Shown here: in pieces, positions 15,830-24,734 of the stretch
Numbering within the stretch: the first letter of the stretch is position 1
Layout: every line of letters starts with the position of its first letter
Virus record (IMG/VR): IMGVR_UViG_3300037846_000096
Location: 1-26,385 of that record
Length of the DNA: 26,385 nucleotides
Origin: a virus
Lineage: Duplodnaviria; Caudoviricetes
Strand: one strand, 5' to 3'
Made by a program: the position numbers and the translations under genes
Notes under the pieces: model-generated
The model's database searches: none
The model's input: only the letters and a program-made list of their open reading frames with translations
Told to the model about the DNA's origin: nothing

Positions 15830-17734
15830 ATGCCAGAAATACAAGATTTTGAAATTGTAGGCAGTTACAATAATCAGCGTTTTCCAAATATTGATGCTGA
15901 ACGCACAATCAATATGTTTGAATATATAGACCAAAAGGGCAAAAAACCAAAATCTTTATTATCAACATCAGGACTACTTAATACCGGACTTGATTTCTCA
16001 GCAACAACAACGGGATTTTTCAGGGCTGAATTTGTATTTAATGGGTTTGAATTTTTTGTAGTAGGTGCTGATATTTGGAAACGTGATCAAAATAATAATC
16101 TAACAAAATTAAATTCTCCATCTCAATTATTTCATACTGGCGTTGGTTATGTCGGAATTGATGCAAATAATGCATCAGGTGGTGGACAGGTATTGTTTGT
16201 AGATGGTACCTTGGGCAGTATTTATGATACGGCAACTGGTATATTTACTTATAATGTCATATCCGTTGATCCTAATTTTCCTAAATCACCAGTTGATGTT
16301 TGTTTTATTGATGGATTTTTAGTTGTTGCAAATGGTGGTACTAATGGCTTTCAATTATCTGCATTTAATAATGCTTATAGTTGGGGGCTTGTTGAATCTA
16401 CATTAGTCACTTTTGACCATACTACTAATTTGATTACACCAAATACTGGTACAGTTTATACAACTGGTATGCAAATAAATTTTACAGCAGGAGGTGGGTT
16501 GCCTCCTGAGATCATTGCAGGGACAACATATTACGCAATATTTTTTTCAAATGCACAAATACGTATTGCAACAACATTAGCAAATGCACTTTCCAATACT
16601 TTTTTAACTTTCTCAACGAATGGAACCCCCCCAAATACTATTACTAATTTAGGTGCATCTGGACAATCTGGACAATTACAACAAGCATTTATTAATTCAC
16701 ATCCTGGGAACATTGTTGCGTGTCGTACTTTGCATCGTAGGGTATTTTTATTTTCAATGAACTTTACCGAAGTATGGGAAAATTCCGGCCAAGGATCAAA
16801 TCTTCCGCTTAGGCGAAACAATAATTTATTGATGGAATATGGAACACCAGCAGTAGGTAGTATTGTAACTGGTTTTGATAAGATGATATTTTTGTCACAA
16901 GACAAAGATGGTCTTGGGGCAGTCATGGAAGTGATTGGTACTGAATCTATACCGATTAGCAATCGTGCGCTTGACTTTCAATTAGCACAATATGCTGAAC
17001 TTCAACAAATATCCGATGCACAAGGAATATTCATAAAAGAAAATGGAATTATTTTTTACAGATTGAATTTTACGGCTGCAAACCATACTTTTGTATATGA
17101 TGTAACATTAAGTGACCCAAGACAAGAAGAAGGTAAACTTTGGCATGAGGAACAAGTACTAAATGGTGATAGACACCCAGCGCAAACTCACGGATATTTC
17201 TTCGGAAATAACTACTTTGGAGCTTACAATAGCCTTATACTTTACCAAGTGGATTCATCATTTGTCACAAATGATGGTGAGGCAATCGCAAGAATAAGAA
17301 TAGGCCGAGCCTATGTTCCAGCTACATATAATCGCACAAGATGCGATAGGTTTATGCTAGATGTGATACAAGGACTTGCAGAATTAGAAGTAGTACCTCC
17401 TGCTGAAATAGATTTACTCACAGAAACTTTAATTCCAATTACTACAGAAAGTGGAATTAATATTTTATTAGAACCTGGAAATAGCGGATTTTCTATTTTT
17501 AATTTAGCAGAACCTGTTGTATTTTTATCTATTTCTAAAGATGGAGGTGTTACTTTTGGACATAGATTAAATGGTACAGTTGGTGCAATTGGTGATCGTA
17601 CCCATCGTACAGTTTGGAGAAAATTAGGGGTCATTCCACGAGGACAAGCATTTGTTCCAAAAATTGAATTTTTTAACCAAGTACCATTTATTATATTAGG
17701 TGCTGCTTGGGTCTTTGAAGTATTACCGGAGTAG
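15830..17734 (+). CDS. Tail hub / packaged-DNA stabilisation protein (P22 gp10-like)
   Basis: ER.INMF, V.FIDG, TEVW.NSG, FY.LNF..ANHT.VYD....WHE, L..SKDGG.TFG, R.VWR.LG. Confidence 0.85.
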   Translation: MPEIQDFEIVGSYNNQRFPNIDAERTINMFEYIDQKGKKPKSLLSTSGLLNTGLDFSATTTGFFRAEFVFNGFEFFVVGADIWKRDQNNNLTKLNSPSQLFHTGVGYVGIDANNASGGGQVLFVDGTLGSIYDTATGIFTYNVISVDPNFPKSPVDVCFIDGFLVVANGGTNGFQLSAFNNAYSWGLVESTLVTFDHTTNLITPNTGTVYTTGMQINFTAGGGLPPEIIAGTTYYAIFFSNAQIRIATTLANALSNTFLTFSTNGTPPNTITNLGASGQSGQLQQAFINSHPGNIVACRTLHRRVFLFSMNFTEVWENSGQGSNLPLRRNNNLLMEYGTPAVGSIVTGFDKMIFLSQDKDGLGAVMEVIGTESIPISNRALDFQLAQYAELQQISDAQGIFIKENGIIFYRLNFTAANHTFVYDVTLSDPRQEEGKLWHEEQVLNGDRHPAQTHGYFFGNNYFGAYNSLILYQVDSSFVTNDGEAIARIRIGRAYVPATYNRTRCDRFMLDVIQGLAELEVVPPAEIDLLTETLIPITTESGINILLEPGNSGFSIFNLAEPVVFLSISKDGGVTFGHRLNGTVGAIGDRTHRTVWRKLGVIPRGQAFVPKIEFFNQVPFIILGAAWVFEVLPE

Positions 17735-17736
17735 AC

Positions 17737-18000
17737 ATGGCACAAGACATTGATGATTTTCCTTATTATGATCCTTTAATAAAGTCTGAAACTATAAAAA
17801 TGTCTGATGTATGGATTGCATCTTTGAGTGCATTTAATCAAACATTAACAGGTTATTTGACTTCTTTTGGTATGTTTATGCCATTACTCACAACTGCTGA
17901 AAGAGATACAATTCAATCGCCAGGTAACGGACAATTGATATATAATACAGATCTAGGAACAGCCCAATACTTTAAAGCGGGAGTTTGGACTAGTTTTTAA
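17737..18000 (+). CDS. Small tail protein
   Basis: LTTAERDTIQSPGNGQLIYNTD....Y....W fibre-type motif; position between hub and ejection genes. Confidence 0.65.
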   Translation: MAQDIDDFPYYDPLIKSETIKMSDVWIASLSAFNQTLTGYLTSFGMFMPLLTTAERDTIQSPGNGQLIYNTDLGTAQYFKAGVWTSF

Positions 18001-18008
18001 ATCTTTAA

Positions 18009-18024
18009 CTTACAAGGATGTAAG
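18009..18024 (+). promoter_or_regulatory. CsrA/RsmA-like hairpin over the SD of the first ejection gene
   Basis: CTTAC-AAGGAT-GTAAG; contains UACAAGGAUGU, matching 11 of 12 positions of the CsrA SELEX consensus RUACARGGAUGU. Confidence 0.75.
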
Positions 18025-18026
18025 GT

Positions 18027-18608
18027 ATGGACTTAGCAAATGGATTAGGTGGAATATTTAACGGATTATTTGGAAATTCTGGCGCTCCTTTTGATAAAGC
18101 TAGCAAAGCCTTAAATCCTTTCTTTGATCGAGCAATTGGCGCGCAAAATCCTTTCTTTAATGCTGGAAAGGAAAGTATCCCTCAATTTCAACAATTTCTG
18201 CAAATGATGCAAGACCCCAATAAGTTTATCAATGATTTAATGGGAAATTATCAAGAATCTCCTTATGCTAAATACCAACAAGATCAGGCCATGCGTACAG
18301 CTACAAACATGGGTTCCGCTAGTGGTCTTTCTGGTTCAACACCTTTAACACAATTTGCCCAGAAAAATGCGCGTGATATCTCATCTGAAGACATGAATCA
18401 ATGGTTACAGAATGTATTAGGTATTAATACGCAATATGGAGAAGGACTTCAGCGAATGATGGGAATGGGTCAAAATGCTGCCAATATGATAAGCCAATTA
18501 AATCAAAATTTTGGCGGCGCTCAAGCAGGTCTTGCATATGGAAAAGAGAGAGGACGTCAGCAGGATCAAAGAGGATTATGGGGCGGTTTAATGGATATAT
18601 TATTTTAA
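18027..18608 (+). CDS. DNA transfer/ejection protein (P22 gp7-like)
   Basis: Gly/Ala/Gln-rich, PF..AG, SP...YQ..Q......N..SA.GL.GS motifs. Confidence 0.75.
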   Translation: MDLANGLGGIFNGLFGNSGAPFDKASKALNPFFDRAIGAQNPFFNAGKESIPQFQQFLQMMQDPNKFINDLMGNYQESPYAKYQQDQAMRTATNMGSASGLSGSTPLTQFAQKNARDISSEDMNQWLQNVLGINTQYGEGLQRMMGMGQNAANMISQLNQNFGGAQAGLAYGKERGRQQDQRGLWGGLMDILF

Positions 18609-18619
18609 GGATTAAAATA
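18601..18619 (+). promoter_or_regulatory. CsrA/RsmA-like hairpin over the SD of the second ejection gene
   Basis: TATTTTA-AGGAT-TAAAATA, ending on the A of the ATG. Confidence 0.55.
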
Positions 18620-20199
18620 TGGGATTTACAGGCATACCATTACCTAAAGTTTTATATGATGAGGAAGCGCCTGGTGGCATTGGAACTGCTATGAAAGGAT
18701 GGAATGCAGTTAGACATGGTCGTCTTGAAAATCAAATTAAAAAAGCAGAAGCGCTTTATGCACCTTATACGCAACACGCAAATGCCGCATCAAAAGAAGC
18801 ATATTCTCAATTTGTAGGCCCACAATCTATAGCACATATCCTGTCTGATCCTAGAACAAGAGGTATGTTAAGTGATGATCAATATAAAAAATTATTAGGT
18901 GCATTTTCAAATCAACTAGGTCCAGGAAATGCTTTAGCTAATTTGCCTAATCCAAATCAAATGCAAAATAATCAATTTGGTAATGGAATATTAGGAATGG
19001 CATTAAATGCTGTACGTGATTTATTTCAAGGTAATAAACAAAATCCGCAAAATCAAAATTCATTAGTGCCCTCACAACAACAACAGCAACCACCACAATC
19101 TCAAGTAATGCAACAAGGTGGTAGTCAAAATAATACTGGTGATTTTGGTGCAAATAATAGGATGAGTGATCAACAATTAGATGAAAAATTACGACGATTA
19201 GATCTATCAAACCAATCCTCAACTCTCCCCGCTAATGTTCCATTGGCTGGAACTTCTCCTACTTATGGAAGACAATCAGCTAATTTACCTCCTGGTGTAA
19301 TGGGTGCCCAAAATCCATATGCTATAATAACATCAGGTGAGAAAGGTCTTGAAAAACAAGTAGAATCAGAAGCTCAAGCAATTACTGATCAATGGAAATC
19401 AAGACAAGATGAAATAAGAGAAGCTGCAACAGGTGCACAAGAGATTGATAATAATTTAGATAGATTGGATGATTCTAGAGAAAGATTAGGAAAATATGAA
19501 AAAGGTATAACATATGGAATTCCGTTTGGACAAGGGCCTGCATTCACAACGGCTTCTCAAGAATCTGATCTTGCATCAAATAATTTAGTTGCTGCTAAAT
19601 TAAGTGCATGGCAACGCCGACAGATAACTAATAAAGACCTTGATTTTGGTAAGATGTTAAAAGCTGGTCGATATATGACTGATGATGCTTATAAAGCCGC
19701 AGTTAATTATGATCGTGCAATGTCAGCCCGTATAAAAGAATATCCTGCATTTGCATTGCGCGCACAACAATTAGGTTTAACGCCTGCGCAATTTGATGCT
19801 ATTTTATTTAGATATGCAAATGAAAGACCTTTATATAATGCAAAAACTAAAGAAATAATATCTGAAAATCTAAATACATGGGAAGATTATTTAACGGAAG
19901 AAAGTATAAAAGAAACTTTTAGCCCAAATTATAAAAAACAACGTGAAAAGAATCTTCAAAATATGGCTGGTGGCAATAAAAAAGATGATGAAAAAATATT
20001 AAAACAATTTGATGAAATACAAAATCAAAAACCTAAAAATGTAAAAGAAGCAATAAAAAAAGAAGGAGATAGATTTAGAAAAGAAACAATACCAATGTGG
20101 TGGATTAATCCTACTACTAATAAAAGAGAAGAATATAACGTACCACAAGAGCATGTTCAAGAATTTATTGATAATGGATTTAAAAGGTTAAATAAATGA
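18619..20199 (+). CDS. Putative ejection (internal virion) protein
   Basis: 526 aa, Gln/Asn-rich and helical; synteny with the P22 gp20 position. Confidence 0.65.
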   Translation: MGFTGIPLPKVLYDEEAPGGIGTAMKGWNAVRHGRLENQIKKAEALYAPYTQHANAASKEAYSQFVGPQSIAHILSDPRTRGMLSDDQYKKLLGAFSNQLGPGNALANLPNPNQMQNNQFGNGILGMALNAVRDLFQGNKQNPQNQNSLVPSQQQQQPPQSQVMQQGGSQNNTGDFGANNRMSDQQLDEKLRRLDLSNQSSTLPANVPLAGTSPTYGRQSANLPPGVMGAQNPYAIITSGEKGLEKQVESEAQAITDQWKSRQDEIREAATGAQEIDNNLDRLDDSRERLGKYEKGITYGIPFGQGPAFTTASQESDLASNNLVAAKLSAWQRRQITNKDLDFGKMLKAGRYMTDDAYKAAVNYDRAMSARIKEYPAFALRAQQLGLTPAQFDAILFRYANERPLYNAKTKEIISENLNTWEDYLTEESIKETFSPNYKKQREKNLQNMAGGNKKDDEKILKQFDEIQNQKPKNVKEAIKKEGDRFRKETIPMWWINPTTNKREEYNVPQEHVQEFIDNGFKRLNK

Positions 20200-21566
20200 C
20201 CGATAAATTTGACCCTAATAAATATGCAAAAAAATCTTTTAATCCAACATCTTTTAGTGGAGTAAGCGAACTATTAAATAAAGCAGAAGAAAATACAGTT
20301 CCATTTGAAGAAAAAAGAACTCCTCAAATTCAAGAAGAATTTTCAAATCCTACAATTATGCCAGGATTTCAGAATTTACCTAAAAAAGAACAATTAGAAC
20401 GTATAGCATTTAGTCAATTTGATCCCGCAAATAGAAGTCCCCTTGGCGTAAGTGTTGGCCCTGGTACTTTTGAAAGTAAAACTCAAAGAGCGATATCAAG
20501 TATTTTACCAACTCTTCTAGCACCAGAGATTAAATTAGGTGGTGGATTGTTAGGCGAAGGTGCTTCCTATTTATTAAATGCGTTATCAAGAATTGGAACA
20601 GGAACAGGTGCAAATCTTGCTTATGAATTACCTGAAATTAAGAGTAAACAAGATTTTAAAAATGCTTTAAATCAAAATTTAGAATTAAATTCTATACTTG
20701 AAGGAATTTCTCAAGTACCAAGAATTGCAGGTGGCGCATTATCTTTATATAAACCAGGAACTAGATATGCTAGTAAAAAAGCTGAATTAATAAATAAAGA
20801 GTATTATGATGCTAAACGATTACAAGAACAGGCTTATAAGTCTGTTTTTGAAAAACATGGTAAATCAGAAGTTACTAAAAATACAGATGAATTTTTAAAA
20901 GATATTGAGTATAAGAAATTATATCCAGAAGCGCGCAAAATATATGAAGACTTTAAAAAAAGTCGTAATTTAAAAGATTTGCATGATTTGCAAAGCCAGA
21001 TTGGACGAGACCAAATTAAAGCTGCAAATGCTCAAAAACCAAAAACATCTCAATATTTTAAAATTTATAGAAAAAATTTGAATGATAAATTATATAACTT
21101 TTTAGAAAATACTGACAAGAAAGCATTAGCACAATATAAAAAAGGTTCTAATATAACAAGAGATTTAGTAAAGCCTTATGTATCAAATAAAGAACTTGAA
21201 AAAATATCTGAGGGGAGAAAATTAGAAGGAAATTTAACGCCAGAAAAAATTAAATCTGCAATTACACAAGGCGCAGAAAAAAAAATATATTCAGTGAATG
21301 GTGAACAAATTTTATCAATACCTAAAACTCATCCTCTTATGAATCATTTGAATAATATAAATAATAGATTAGGGTTTGCTAATTTTCTTCAAAATTGGAT
21401 TCCTGGAATAGTTAAAAAATATGGAATAAATCTTCCAGAAAATTTAGTACATATGGGAAATGTTTTAAATAAATTAGAACCTATTTATTATCCATCAGGA
21501 CGTGTAGGTTTTGGAGAAACAGTAAGTGAAGACTTAAGGAAAGAACGAAAAAAAGGAATAAGGTAA
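20196..21566 (+). CDS. Putative ejection (internal virion) protein
   Basis: 456 aa, N-terminal FDP..Y repeats, Gly-rich hydrophobic segment, ATGA overlap; synteny with the P22 gp16 position. Confidence 0.65.
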   Translation: MTDKFDPNKYAKKSFNPTSFSGVSELLNKAEENTVPFEEKRTPQIQEEFSNPTIMPGFQNLPKKEQLERIAFSQFDPANRSPLGVSVGPGTFESKTQRAISSILPTLLAPEIKLGGGLLGEGASYLLNALSRIGTGTGANLAYELPEIKSKQDFKNALNQNLELNSILEGISQVPRIAGGALSLYKPGTRYASKKAELINKEYYDAKRLQEQAYKSVFEKHGKSEVTKNTDEFLKDIEYKKLYPEARKIYEDFKKSRNLKDLHDLQSQIGRDQIKAANAQKPKTSQYFKIYRKNLNDKLYNFLENTDKKALAQYKKGSNITRDLVKPYVSNKELEKISEGRKLEGNLTPEKIKSAITQGAEKKIYSVNGEQILSIPKTHPLMNHLNNINNRLGFANFLQNWIPGIVKKYGINLPENLVHMGNVLNKLEPIYYPSGRVGFGETVSEDLRKERKKGIR

Positions 21567-21570
21567 ATAT

Positions 21571-23217
21571 ATGACTAGCACTACAAAAGTATTTACAATA
21601 GAACCTAATCCGCATTGGGTAATAATAGATAATTTCTCAAAGTTACCTAATGGCGCAGCAATATTTACTTATAGAAGTTTAGATCCTGCTGAATTTAAAC
21701 CAGCATATCAAGATAACGCAGGACAAATACCTTATTGTCAACCTATTGTTGGTAATGGAAATGGAACATTTGATCCGATATTTTGGGAATTTGATCCCAA
21801 TAACCCACAAGAAGGTTACTATATTCAGGTATGGTCAGCAGCTACTAATGGGGTAATGTTATGGGATTTTGGGCCACTTTTTGGAGGAGGAGGAGGTGGT
21901 GGTGGTACTGTTACAGATAATGTTAATATTGAAAATTTTGTTATAAATAGTTATTTCTTTAGAAATATTGGCAATCAAGCCGGAACGCCATCGTTACCCC
22001 AATTTATCAATTTAGCACCAAGTAATAATGCAGGATATGTAGGAACTACAACGGATGTTGGTGGATGGCATGGGGGAGATATAGTATTTGCTAAAAGCAA
22101 TACTACTTCATCTGATAGTTTATCTTTTGTTAAATTTAATCCATTAGGAGTACATGCTTTACCTGGACAAGATATAACTCCTATTTATTATCTTAATTAT
22201 ACTTGCACTGGGGCTGGATCAGCTGAGGCTTATAAATATGTACAATTTCCCATAGTACAAGGGATACAGAATTTATCAAACCAACCTATGACAGTTGTTG
22301 TTTATGCAAGAAGTTCATCAAGTTCAATCATTAATCTTACATGGAGAATGTGCTTTGGAGACGGGTCTCCTGCAACTGCTGATATAATATTGCCGGTAAC
22401 TGCACCTATAACATTAGATAATGACTGGATACAATATTCATTTGATTCTACAACGCCTGATGCAACGTTAGGACAATTAGGATTATGTGGAAATGATGCA
22501 CTTTTTCTTCAAATAAATTATCCATTGTCTCCAAATACTTGCAATATTGATATTGCAAAAGTGGCTGTTTACTTAGGAAATGGTCATGATCCCTTAATAG
22601 AATTTCAAACTAATGATATGATTGATAGTATCATTAATACTCCAAGAACAGGTGACACTCGTACTTCACTTAATTCATTCTTGCCAGGTTGGGTTGCAAT
22701 GAATGATTTAACGATTGGCACTAATGATACGAATGGTTCATCAAATGCAACTAATAGAGCAAATGAAGATACTTTTCCTTTGTTTAATTTGATTTGGAGC
22801 TTATTTAATGGAAGTGTTCCATTGCAAGCTTTAGCTCCTATGTTTACAAGTGGGGGAGCGCCGGTTGCTTATGGAGCATCTGCAATATTTGATTTTACCG
22901 CTCATAATCAAATATCACTTACCAAAAATTTAGGGAGAGTCATGGCTGGAGCAGGTGGTAGTAATGGAATAGGTACAACTTTTGGTGTTTCTACTTATCA
23001 ATTACTGACTACAGATTTGCCAAATCATGTTCATATATCAGGTATTCCAGGACAGACATTTATTTATACAGGTAATGGAACTGGGCCTTTAATGGGAACC
23101 GGTCCCACTCCATCTAGTCATACTGCTGATACTGGCGTGCAAGACCCTCCTAGTCCCAATAACCCAATATCTTTATATCAACCAACAGTATTTATGAACG
23201 TCTTTATGAAGCTTTAA
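21571..23217 (+). CDS. Tail spike/fibre with N-terminal virion-anchoring domain and C-terminal collar-like region
   Basis: PNP.W...D....NG..IFTY......P.YQD..G....QPI...NG, G8 linker, TGD.......GWV.MN..TIG, LP.H.H, ..QPT.FMN..MKL. Confidence 0.75.
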   Translation: MTSTTKVFTIEPNPHWVIIDNFSKLPNGAAIFTYRSLDPAEFKPAYQDNAGQIPYCQPIVGNGNGTFDPIFWEFDPNNPQEGYYIQVWSAATNGVMLWDFGPLFGGGGGGGGTVTDNVNIENFVINSYFFRNIGNQAGTPSLPQFINLAPSNNAGYVGTTTDVGGWHGGDIVFAKSNTTSSDSLSFVKFNPLGVHALPGQDITPIYYLNYTCTGAGSAEAYKYVQFPIVQGIQNLSNQPMTVVVYARSSSSSIINLTWRMCFGDGSPATADIILPVTAPITLDNDWIQYSFDSTTPDATLGQLGLCGNDALFLQINYPLSPNTCNIDIAKVAVYLGNGHDPLIEFQTNDMIDSIINTPRTGDTRTSLNSFLPGWVAMNDLTIGTNDTNGSSNATNRANEDTFPLFNLIWSLFNGSVPLQALAPMFTSGGAPVAYGASAIFDFTAHNQISLTKNLGRVMAGAGGSNGIGTTFGVSTYQLLTTDLPNHVHISGIPGQTFIYTGNGTGPLMGTGPTPSSHTADTGVQDPPSPNNPISLYQPTVFMNVFMKL

Positions 23218-23223
23218 TTTAAG

Positions 23224-23284
23224 GCTATAATACGGAAACGTTTCACGGATTGAAACTTATTAACTAACCAAGGAAGGTACTAAA
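23224..23284 (+). promoter_or_regulatory. Late promoter (GC-TATAAT) and leader with two CsrA/RsmA-like hairpins
   Basis: TATAAT 23226-23231; GTTTCA-CGGAT-TGAAAC 23240-23256; ACC-AAGGAA-GGT 23267-23278 over the SD. Confidence 0.7.
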
Positions 23285-24220
23285 ATGGCTTTTCAACAAT
23301 ACAATGTTTATGATGGTTTAACAGCAGTAAGAATTGTCGATATTGCAAATCTTGCTGGTACATATTTCAATGGACAAGTAAATAACGGCGTAGGCGCGAC
23401 CCTTACTGTTACCGCAACTGGGGTTTTAACCATTGACAGTGTAGCTCTAAATTCTGGTGATTCTATACTCTTAGTTGCTCAAACTGCTGCAAATCAAAAC
23501 GGTATTTATATCGTCTCAAATCCAGGTGCAACGGGCATCCAACCGGTACTCACGCGGCGTGCTGATGAACAAAACATTGAACAAATTAGGGCTGGTCAAT
23601 TTGTAACTGTCGGCGCTGGCACTGTCAACAATGGCACCGTATGGTCAATTGTTGAGCCATTACCGGCCCAATTTGGGATTAGCAATTTTGTATGGGTAGA
23701 TAGTTCTGGGCTTTCTGGCGGTGGCCTTGGTACTGCGTCTACCAAAGCTGCATCAAACAATGCCCAACCCTCCGTTGCATCAGTATCTGGGGCAACAGTG
23801 ATTGGCGACCTTGCTATGTTTGCCGATACCGCAGGAACTGTAACGGATTCAACCATTGCAGCAAGCAATGTTGTTGTTAAAAATGCAGTAAATGTAATGG
23901 CTGCTGGTTCTGCTATTACAATGGCAAAAGTAAATGGTACTGAGGCTGCTAATGCAGTGACTGCAAGTGGGGTCGCTGGATTACTAACCACCTCAGCATT
24001 AACAACTGCTGGTGCTGGTAATTATGCCATTACATGGACCAATACTTTCATTACTGCAACTTCATCTGTTCTGATTATGCTTGCAGGTGGTACCAACACA
24101 ACTGAAAACATTACGATTAAATGCGCACCAGGAGCTGGAACTGCAACGCTTACTATCTATAACAATACAGCAGCAACAGCACTCAATGGCACAATTTTAA
24201 TGAGCTATTTAGTAATGTAA
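23285..24220 (+). CDS. Virion fibre/decoration protein
   Basis: Ala/Thr/Gly-rich; GD.ILL..QT....NGIY.V...G......LTR..D motif typical of phage fibres. Confidence 0.7.
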   Translation: MAFQQYNVYDGLTAVRIVDIANLAGTYFNGQVNNGVGATLTVTATGVLTIDSVALNSGDSILLVAQTAANQNGIYIVSNPGATGIQPVLTRRADEQNIEQIRAGQFVTVGAGTVNNGTVWSIVEPLPAQFGISNFVWVDSSGLSGGGLGTASTKAASNNAQPSVASVSGATVIGDLAMFADTAGTVTDSTIAASNVVVKNAVNVMAAGSAITMAKVNGTEAANAVTASGVAGLLTTSALTTAGAGNYAITWTNTFITATSSVLIMLAGGTNTTENITIKCAPGAGTATLTIYNNTAATALNGTILMSYLVM

Positions 24221-24225
24221 TTGAT

Positions 24226-24250
24226 AAGGAGGGCTTAAAACCCTCCTTTT
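24226..24250 (+). terminator. Intrinsic terminator
   Basis: AAGGAGGG-CTTAAAA-CCCTCCTT-TT directly after the stop codon. Confidence 0.75.
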
Positions 24251-24267
24251 AAGATAAGGATATCTTA
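24250..24267 (+). promoter_or_regulatory. CsrA/RsmA-like hairpin over the SD of the spike-base gene
   Basis: TAAGAT-AAGGAT-ATCTTA, ending on the A of the ATG. Confidence 0.65.
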
Positions 24268-24587
24268 TGTCATTACCGTTTAATTTTATTCCTCCTCTAG
24301 ACCCTAATATTTATTCAGCACAAGTTAGGGTATTAGGTGGCCCAGCAAGAACAGGCCCAGTTACTTATGATACCGGATTTACTAATTCAAATACCCCACC
24401 AGGTGTTCTTGAATTTGCACGATGGATATATGTAGGTACGACTGGAAATTTGGCTTATACGAAATGGGACGGAACAACTGAAACGCTCCCTAATATTGCA
24501 GCAGGGATTTGGCACCCAGTTTATGCCGTAAATATTTTAAGTTCAGGAAGTACGGTACTTGCGGCACAGCTTCGGTGGGGAAGTTAG
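24267..24587 (+). CDS. Spike base protein (RcGTA Rcc01079-like)
   Basis: RWIYVGTTGNL....DGT..T...IAAG..HPV.A..I.SSGST pattern; 106 aa. Confidence 0.6.
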   Translation: MSLPFNFIPPLDPNIYSAQVRVLGGPARTGPVTYDTGFTNSNTPPGVLEFARWIYVGTTGNLAYTKWDGTTETLPNIAAGIWHPVYAVNILSSGSTVLAAQLRWGS

Positions 24588-24734
24588 ATGATATGGGTCG
24601 GGAGTATTCCTATATTGATCTATACACTAGATGCTGCAGCCTCCGTTTTACCTGTTACCGGTAATTTACTCGTTACTGATAATTCTAATTTTTTACTCAC
24701 TGATAACACTAAATTTTTATTAGCAGGTGGCTGA
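24588..24734 (+). CDS. Small fibre-adaptor-like protein (48 aa)
   Basis: MIWVGSIPILIYTLDAAASVLPVTGNLLVTDNSNFLLTDNTKFLLAGG; abuts the upstream stop and overlaps the next ATG (TGATG). Not in the ORF track. Confidence 0.65.
   Translation: MIWVGSIPILIYTLDAAASVLPVTGNLLVTDNSNFLLTDNTKFLLAGG

Noticed and set aside
21884-21906. GGA/GGT run as a CsrA site cluster
   Set aside because: Encodes a Gly8 linker mid-CDS with no hairpin context.
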